Positions 58,719-64,000 of a DNA stretch of 64,000 nt are shown piece by piece. The stretch comes from an uncultured Verrucomicrobiota bacterium. GTDB taxonomy: Bacteria; Verrucomicrobiota; Kiritimatiellia; RFP12; UBA1067. The stretch spans positions 33,014 through 97,013 of the forward strand of contig CAMNBZ010000003.1 of NCBI GenBank assembly GCA_946533675.1, in the 5' to 3' direction. Numbering within the stretch: position 1 is the first letter of the stretch; the number at the start of each line of letters is the position of its first letter. A program made the translations under genes and the position numbers. Below the pieces are notes generated by a model. It was not told the origin of the DNA and did no database searches. It saw only the letters and a list, made by a program, of their open reading frames with translations.

Positions 58719-58747
58719 TTGCTTTTTGGCCGTTTTTTTGATATAAT
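58719..58747 (+). promoter_or_regulatory. sigma70-like promoter: TTGCTT - 17 nt - (TGa)TATAAT upstream of fba
   Basis: The -35 is at 58719-58724 and the extended -10 TGATATAAT at 58739-58747. An AAGGAG SD at 58780-58785 precedes the ATG at 58794. Confidence 0.55.
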
Positions 58748-58793
58748 GCGTGCCAATTTCCCCCAAATGGGGCAAAAACAAGGAGTAATCGAA

Positions 58794-59792
58794 ATGGTCA
58801 GCTACAAGAAGCTTGGTCTTGTCAATACCAAGAAAATGTTCGCCAAGGCGGTCAAGGGCGGTTATGCCATCCCCGCTTTCAACTTCAACACGATGGAGCA
58901 GATGCAGGCCATCATCCAGGCCGCGGTCGAAACCAAGAGCCCCGTCATCATGCAGGTCTCGAAGGGCGCCCGCAAGTACGCCAACCCCACGATTCTCCGC
59001 TACATGGCCGAAGGCGCCGTCCAGTACGCCAAGGAACTCGGCTGCAAGAAGCCCCAGATCGTCCTTCACCTCGACCACGGCGACAGCTACGAAACCTGCA
59101 AGAGCTGCATCGATTCCGGCTTCTCGTCGGTGATGATCGACGGCTCCTCGCTCCCGTTCAAGGAGAACATCAAGCTCACGAAGAAGGTCGTCAACTACGC
59201 GCACAAGCACGACGTCACCGTCGAGGCGGAGCTGGGCGTCCTCGCCGGCGTCGAAGACGAGGTCCAGGCCGAGGAGAGCCACTACACGAAGCCCGAGGAA
59301 GTGGTCGAGTTCGCGACCAAGACGGGCTGCGACTCGCTCGCGATCTCCATCGGCACCTCGCACGGCGCGTACAAGTTCACCGCCGCGCAGTGCACGCGCG
59401 ATCCCAAGACGGGCAAGCTCGTCCCGCCGCCGCTGGCGTTCGACGTCCTCAAGGCGATCGAGAAGAAGCTTCCCGGCTTCCCGATCGTGCTGCACGGCTC
59501 GAGCTCGGTGCCGCAGGACTGCGTCGACACGATCAACAAGTACGGCGGCAAGCTTCCCGACGCGGTCGGCATTCCGGAAGAGCAGCTGCGCAAGGCCGCG
59601 AAGAGCGCGGTGTGCAAGATCAACATCGACTCCGACTCGCGTCTGGCGATGACGGCGGCGATCCGCAAGCACTTCGCGGAGCACCCCGACCACTTCGATC
59701 CGCGCCAGTACCTCACCCCGGCGCGCGAGGCGATGAAGGAGATGTACATCCACAAGATCGTCAAGGTGCTGGGCTCGAACAACAAGCTGTAA
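58794..59792 (+). CDS. fba: class II fructose-bisphosphate aldolase
   Basis: [61 protein letters not shown] and KINIDSD are all present. The start was chosen at the SD-preceded ATG. The ORF-track start at 58635 would overlap the tRNA. Confidence 0.96.
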   Translation: MVSYKKLGLVNTKKMFAKAVKGGYAIPAFNFNTMEQMQAIIQAAVETKSPVIMQVSKGARKYANPTILRYMAEGAVQYAKELGCKKPQIVLHLDHGDSYETCKSCIDSGFSSVMIDGSSLPFKENIKLTKKVVNYAHKHDVTVEAELGVLAGVEDEVQAEESHYTKPEEVVEFATKTGCDSLAISIGTSHGAYKFTAAQCTRDPKTGKLVPPPLAFDVLKAIEKKLPGFPIVLHGSSSVPQDCVDTINKYGGKLPDAVGIPEEQLRKAAKSAVCKINIDSDSRLAMTAAIRKHFAEHPDHFDPRQYLTPAREAMKEMYIHKIVKVLGSNNKL

Positions 59793-59796
59793 GCCC

Positions 59797-60837
59797 ATGG
59801 CGAAGGAAAACAAATCCGCCTATGCGCAGGCGGGCGTCAACATCGACGTGAAAATGGGCGCGGTCAGCTCCATCAAGGCGATGGTGGCCGCGACCAAGAC
59901 CGCCAGCGTACTGGGCGGGATCGGCTCGTTCGGCGGGCTCCACAAGGTCCCGCCGGGCAAGGATATGATCCTCGTCTCGTCGACCGACGGCGTGGGCACC
60001 AAGCTCAAGGTCGCGGCGATGATGAACAAGCACGACACGGTCGGCCAGGACATCGTCAACCACTGCGTCAACGACATCCTCGTGCAGGGCGCGAAGCCGC
60101 TCTTCTTCATGGACTATGTCGGCACCTCCAAGGTCGATCCCGCCCAGTTCAAGAGCGTGGTCGCGGGGCTGTGCAAGGCCTGCAAGGAGAACCGCATGGC
60201 GCTTCTGGGCGGCGAGACCGCCGAGATGCCGGGCCTCTACCCGGCGGGCGAGTACGACCTCGTCGGCACGATCGTCGGCTGCGTGAAGCGCAAGGACCTC
60301 ATCACCGGCAAGTCCATCCGCGCGGGAGACGTCATGATCGGCTTCCCCTCGGGCGGTCTGCAGACGAACGGCTTCTCGCTCGCGCGGCGCGTCATCTTCG
60401 ACCTCGACCAGCACAGCTGGCAGGATAAGCTCCCCGGCACCAACCAGACGTTCGGCGACGCGCTGCTGGCGGTGCACAAGAGCTTCCTCAAGCCCGTCGC
60501 GAAGCTGATGGAGCGCAAGGTGAAGATCACCGGCATGGCGCACATCACCGGCGGCGGCTTCCCGGACAATCTTCCGCGCGTGCTGCCCAAGGTGGTGAAC
60601 GCCGAGATCGACCGGGCGAGCTGGGAGGTTCCGACGATCTTCAAGTACATCGAGAACCGCGGCAAGGTGGATCACGACGAGATGTACCGCGTCTTCAACA
60701 TGGGCATCGGCTTCGTGGTCATCATCCCGAAGAACGAGCTCACGAAGGCGACGAACATCCTCAAGGCGCAGCATCAGCCCTACAGCGTCATCGGTGTCAT
60801 CCGCAAGGGAACCGGCATCGTGACCTACAAGAACTGA
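59797..60837 (+). CDS. purM: phosphoribosylformylglycinamidine cyclo-ligase (AIR synthetase)
   Basis: YAQAGVNID, GGIGSFGG, STDGVGTKLKVA, GQDIVNHCVNDILVQGAKPLFFMDY, GGETAEMPG, SGGLQTNGFSL, HITGGGF and FNMGIGFV are all present. Confidence 0.97.
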   Translation: MAKENKSAYAQAGVNIDVKMGAVSSIKAMVAATKTASVLGGIGSFGGLHKVPPGKDMILVSSTDGVGTKLKVAAMMNKHDTVGQDIVNHCVNDILVQGAKPLFFMDYVGTSKVDPAQFKSVVAGLCKACKENRMALLGGETAEMPGLYPAGEYDLVGTIVGCVKRKDLITGKSIRAGDVMIGFPSGGLQTNGFSLARRVIFDLDQHSWQDKLPGTNQTFGDALLAVHKSFLKPVAKLMERKVKITGMAHITGGGFPDNLPRVLPKVVNAEIDRASWEVPTIFKYIENRGKVDHDEMYRVFNMGIGFVVIIPKNELTKATNILKAQHQPYSVIGVIRKGTGIVTYKN

Positions 60838-60865
60838 TCGGCCGGCGTCTGACGGACGATGAGTG

Positions 60866-60899
60866 AAGCCGCGCGGCCGTTCTGCCGCGCGGCTTTTCT
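60866..60899 (+). terminator. rho-independent terminator after purM
   Basis: A 12-bp stem, AAGCCGCGCGGC (CGTTCT) GCCGCGCGGCTT, is followed by TTCTC. Confidence 0.75.
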
Positions 60900-60950
60900 C
60901 GCGGGACGCGCGATCCGCGCGCTTTGCGCGCCCCGCGGAACGCCTAATTG

Positions 60951-60959
60951 TGATATACT
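60951..60959 (+). promoter_or_regulatory. extended -10 box TGATATACT, 8 nt upstream of the ATG at 60968 (leaderless)
   Basis: The 9-mer is identical to those of gmd and recA. No SD is present. Confidence 0.5.
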
Positions 60960-60967
60960 ATTGCTGA

Positions 60968-62575
60968 ATGAAGGTTTATGCAGCGTTGGCGATCTTCGCG
61001 TTCGCCGTCTTGGCCGCTTTCGCCGTCTGGTTCGGAGGTCTGAACCAGGACGAAGGCTGGTATCTCTATGCCGCGCAGCTCGTCGGCGAGGGGAAGATGC
61101 TGTACCGTGACTTCGCCTTTACGCAGGGCCCGCTTCTGCCGAAATTCTACAAGTCCTTCGCGTGGGCCTGGGCGGACGGGCGCGGGCTCCTGGGCGCGCG
61201 GATTTTCACGGCAACGATCGGGCTCGGCGGGATGATGCTGGCGGCGGGGCTGGCGCGGATTCTGGCGGGGCGCCGTTGGGCGTCGGTCGCCGGCGTGATC
61301 GCGTTTCTGCTCTTGGGGTGCAACCTGTACCACATCTATTATACGGCCATCCCGAAAACGTATGCGCTCGCGCAGCTGTGGGTGATGGTGGGGTTTTGCC
61401 TGCTGGCCATTGGGTTGGCCGAACGCAGTTCGGCCATCAATGCTAGTCCTGATGGCCGAACTGCCAGTCCTGATGGCCGAACTGTGTTCGGCCACTCCTT
61501 CTTAGTCGGCGCGGGAATGGCGCTCGGATATGCGGCGGGGACGCGCCTGAGCCTCGGGATTCTGCTCGCGGTGTGCGGTCTCGGGCTCCTTCTCAACTTC
61601 AAGCGCTTCGGCTGGAGCTTCCTCTGGTTCGGGCTCGGCGGCACGCTGGCGCTGGCGCTCGTCTACGGCCCGTTCCTGCTCGATGCGGGCGCGCGCGAGG
61701 GCCTGGTGGCCGCGCAGCGCTACCACGCGGCGCGCGGCGGTTTTGACGCGGTCTTCACGGTCGGCAGCCTGAGCCGGCTCGTGCGGTGGTACCTGCCGGT
61801 TTTCGTTTTGCTGGGGTTGGGGTTGGCCGAACGCAGTTCGGCCATCTTCACGAGAAGTTCAGTCCTCTTCACGAGCCGTTCGGGCCTCTTCATGCGTGAA
61901 GATGGTCAGGCTGTGCCCGACCAATCCGCAGCCCGCAACTTTCTCCTGTGGCTGATGGGCCTTGGCTTTCTGGCGGTGTTCGCGGTGCAGCTGGCGGCGC
62001 CGCATCCCTACGAAGATTACCAGGTGCCGGTGATGGGGCTTCTGGCGGTCATCGCCGCGGTGCTCGTCTCGGACCTGCGCGGCGCGCCGCTCCTCGCGCT
62101 CGGCCTTGCGTGGGGGTGCAGCTTCGGCTCGCCGCTTCTGGAACAGTGGATGACGAACGGGCAGGACCGCTTCTGGACGCTCAAGAAGGAAAAGAGCGAA
62201 CTTGCGCAGCTGCGGGACGCGGCGCGGCTCGTCGAGGCGCTCGATCCGGGCGGGAAGACGCTCTTCACGCAGGATACCTACCTCGCCGTCGAGACGGGCC
62301 GCCGCGTGCCGGACGGGCTGGAGATGGGGCCGTTCAGCATCCTGACGGACGACGCATTCCGCGCGCTCATCGACCGCGCGGAATGCCCCGTCGCGGCGCT
62401 GAGCGGCTACACGTTCGCCATCAACCCTCCCGTCTGCGACGAGCGGCCGTTCGACGTGCAGATGGACTTCTGGAGCCGCGTCAAGACGCGCTACGACCGC
62501 GTGACGGTGCTGAACGACTTCGGCCAGCACGCGACGCCGCTCCTGATTCTCAAGCGAAAGGCGGCGGCGGAATGA
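60968..62575 (+). CDS. polytopic membrane glycosyltransferase, ArnT/PMT (GT39/GT83)-like, with two in-frame repeat insertions
   Basis: The N-terminal TM helix is followed by the D-E motif loop (GGLNQDEGWYLYAAQLVGEGKMLYRDFAFTQGPLLPKFY). Multiple hydrophobic helices and a soluble C-terminal domain follow. The stop overlaps the dxs ATG. Confidence 0.82.
   Translation: MKVYAALAIFAFAVLAAFAVWFGGLNQDEGWYLYAAQLVGEGKMLYRDFAFTQGPLLPKFYKSFAWAWADGRGLLGARIFTATIGLGGMMLAAGLARILAGRRWASVAGVIAFLLLGCNLYHIYYTAIPKTYALAQLWVMVGFCLLAIGLAERSSAINASPDGRTASPDGRTVFGHSFLVGAGMALGYAAGTRLSLGILLAVCGLGLLLNFKRFGWSFLWFGLGGTLALALVYGPFLLDAGAREGLVAAQRYHAARGGFDAVFTVGSLSRLVRWYLPVFVLLGLGLAERSSAIFTRSSVLFTSRSGLFMREDGQAVPDQSAARNFLLWLMGLGFLAVFAVQLAAPHPYEDYQVPVMGLLAVIAAVLVSDLRGAPLLALGLAWGCSFGSPLLEQWMTNGQDRFWTLKKEKSELAQLRDAARLVEALDPGGKTLFTQDTYLAVETGRRVPDGLEMGPFSILTDDAFRALIDRAECPVAALSGYTFAINPPVCDERPFDVQMDFWSRVKTRYDRVTVLNDFGQHATPLLILKRKAAAE
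61412..61495 (+). repeat. hairpin/tandem repeat insertion 1 inside the glycosyltransferase gene
   Basis: The 27-mer GGGTTGGCCGAACGCAGTTCGGCCATC at 61412-61438 contains the hairpin GGCCGAAC-GCA-GTTCGGCC. A 21-nt tandem, AGTCCTGATGGCCGAACTG, follows at 61445 and 61466. A second hairpin, GGCCGAACTGTGTTCGGCC, is also present. Confidence 0.8.
61820..61905 (+). repeat. hairpin/repeat insertion 2 inside the glycosyltransferase gene
   Basis: The identical 27-mer occurs at 61820-61846. It is followed by reiterated CTTCACGAG units and the palindrome TCTTCA-TGCG-TGAAGA. Confidence 0.8.
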
Positions 62576-64000
62576 TGACGGCGCTCGAGATCCGCAACCG
62601 CATCCTTGCGGCCGTCTCCCGCAACGGCGGGCACCTCGCCTCGTCGCTCGGCGCGGTGGAGCTCGCGATGGCGCTCGCGCAGACGTTCGATCCCGAGAAG
62701 GATCGCATCGTCTGGGACGTCGGCCACCAGGCGTATGCGTGGAAGATCCTGACGGGCCGCGCCGACCGCTTCGACACGCTGCGGCGGCTGGACGGCCTCT
62801 CCGGCTTTCCCAACCCCGCGGAGTCGCGCGCGGACGCGGCGGTGGCGGGCCATGCGGGCGTGGCGATCTCGGTGGCCGAGGGCATGGCGGCGGCGCGGAC
62901 GGCGCGCGGCGGCGACGAACAGGTCGTCGCGGTGGTCGGCGACGCGTCGCTGTCGAACGGCACGAGCCTGGAGGCGCTCAACAACTGCGTGAACGCGGAC
63001 GGGAAGATCATCGTCATTCTGAACGACAACGAGATGTCGATCTCGAAGCCGACGGGCGCGCTTTCGCGCTACCTCGGCCGGCTCATCGCGGGCCGCCGCT
63101 ACAACCGCGTGAAGGCGGCGGTCAAGGCGGTCGAAAAGGCGGTCGGCATGTCGTTCCTCAACAAGCCCATCCGCCGCATCAAGGCGTTCATCAAGCGGAT
63201 GCTGATCGGCCACGCCTATTTTGAGCAGATGGGGCTGCGCTACATGGGGCCGGTGGACGGCCACGACGTGGCGGCGCTCACGGCCGCGCTCGACGTGGCG
63301 AAGAAGGACCGCCGCTCGGTGCTCCTGCATGTCGTCACCGTCAAGGGGCGCGGCTACGCACCGGCGGTGAAGGACCCGGAAAAGTGGCACGGCGTCGGCG
63401 CGTTCACGATCGCCGCGTCGCCGGCGGACGACGCGCGCGCGGCCGCGCCGGCCGAGCGGCAGACGACCTGGAGCGACGTGTTCGGCGCGGCGCTCACGGC
63501 GGCGGCGGAGAAGGACCGGCGCATCGTGGCGCTCACGGCGGCGATGAAGGACGGCACGGGCCTGACGGAGTTTGCCGCGCGCTTCCCGCGGCGCTTCAAG
63601 GACGTGGGCATTTCCGAAGGCCACATGGTCGCGTACGCGGCGGGGCTCGCGGCCGGCGGGATGCGCCCCGTGGTGGCCGTCTATTCGACCTTCCTGCAGC
63701 GCGCCGTCGACCAGGTCATGCACGACGTGTGCATCGCGAAGCTCCCGGTCGTCTTCTGCGTCGACCGCGCGGGCGTGGTGGGCGCGGACGGCGTGACGCA
63801 TCAGGGCGTCTTCGACATCGCGCTCCTGCGCGCGCTGCCGAACCTGACGATCTGCCAGCCGAAGGACGCCGACGATCTCGCCGCGCTCCTCGACGAGGCG
63901 CTGCGGCGCGACGGCCCGACGGTGATCCGCTATCCGAGGGGATTGGCTGGGCACAGCCCAGCCCTCTCCACGGGCAGCCCCGTCCTCTCCCCGCGTGGAG
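62572..64000 (+). CDS. dxs: 1-deoxy-D-xylulose-5-phosphate synthase, 3'-truncated by the window edge
   Basis: My own translation of frame 1 gives MMTALEIRNRILAAVSRNGGHLASSLGAVELAMAL...DRIVWDVGHQAYAWKILTGR...GHAGVAISVAEGMA...VVAVVGDASLSNGTSLEALNN. It continues with ILNDNEMSIS...HVVTVKGRGY...ISEGHMVAYAAGLA...VYSTFLQRAVDQVMHDV...VFCVDRAGVVGADG.THQG. No stop occurs before base 64000. Confidence 0.95.
   Translation, partial: MMTALEIRNRILAAVSRNGGHLASSLGAVELAMALAQTFDPEKDRIVWDVGHQAYAWKILTGRADRFDTLRRLDGLSGFPNPAESRADAAVAGHAGVAISVAEGMAAARTARGGDEQVVAVVGDASLSNGTSLEALNNCVNADGKIIVILNDNEMSISKPTGALSRYLGRLIAGRRYNRVKAAVKAVEKAVGMSFLNKPIRRIKAFIKRMLIGHAYFEQMGLRYMGPVDGHDVAALTAALDVAKKDRRSVLLHVVTVKGRGYAPAVKDPEKWHGVGAFTIAASPADDARAAAPAERQTTWSDVFGAALTAAAEKDRRIVALTAAMKDGTGLTEFAARFPRRFKDVGISEGHMVAYAAGLAAGGMRPVVAVYSTFLQRAVDQVMHDVCIAKLPVVFCVDRAGVVGADGVTHQGVFDIALLRALPNLTICQPKDADDLAALLDEALRRDGPTVIRYPRGLAGHSPALSTGSPVLSPRG

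Overview
This is a very GC-rich bacterial chromosomal segment. Every gene I can support lies on the + strand, and the long minus-strand and off-frame ORFs look like GC-composition artefacts. The gene content points to the PVC group (Verrucomicrobia, Lentisphaerae or Kiritimatiellae-like): a DUF1559-style pseudopilin and a PilM/N/O/P/Q-like cluster arranged like the Akkermansia Amuc_1102-to-Amuc_1098 locus.

Gene order:
- a 5'-truncated large protein, a pseudopilin and a LuxR-type response regulator
- gmd and a mannose-1-phosphate guanylyltransferase
- a visibly AT-richer secreted LamG-like protein
- a frameshifted four-helix-bundle gene boxed in by CTAG-rich hairpin arrays
- a ~27.7 kb operon with two giant secreted proteins (3,866 and ~5,252 aa) bridged by a small coiled-coil lipoprotein
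- ackA, pta and a KpsF/GutQ-type isomerase
- the type IV pilus-like alignment and secretin cluster
- coaE and rho
- a 1,160-aa Listeria-Bacteroides-repeat surface protein
- uvrA, recA, tRNA-Ser(UGA), fba and purM
- an ArnT/PMT-like membrane glycosyltransferase
- the 5' part of dxs

Most notable observations:
1. The giant-protein operon has no recognisable dedicated exporter.
2. A family of small GC-rich hairpins with CTAG-containing linkers forms BIME-like mosaics between genes. Similar hairpins appear inserted in frame in uvrA, in the glycosyltransferase and possibly in dxs.
3. Several secreted proteins share a short C-terminal F-[FY]-K-V tail.
4. A recurring TGATATA[AC]T extended -10 box sits so close to three start codons that those mRNAs should be leaderless.

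All coordinates were derived by hand from the sequence. Domain names come from motif recognition by eye, not from database searches.
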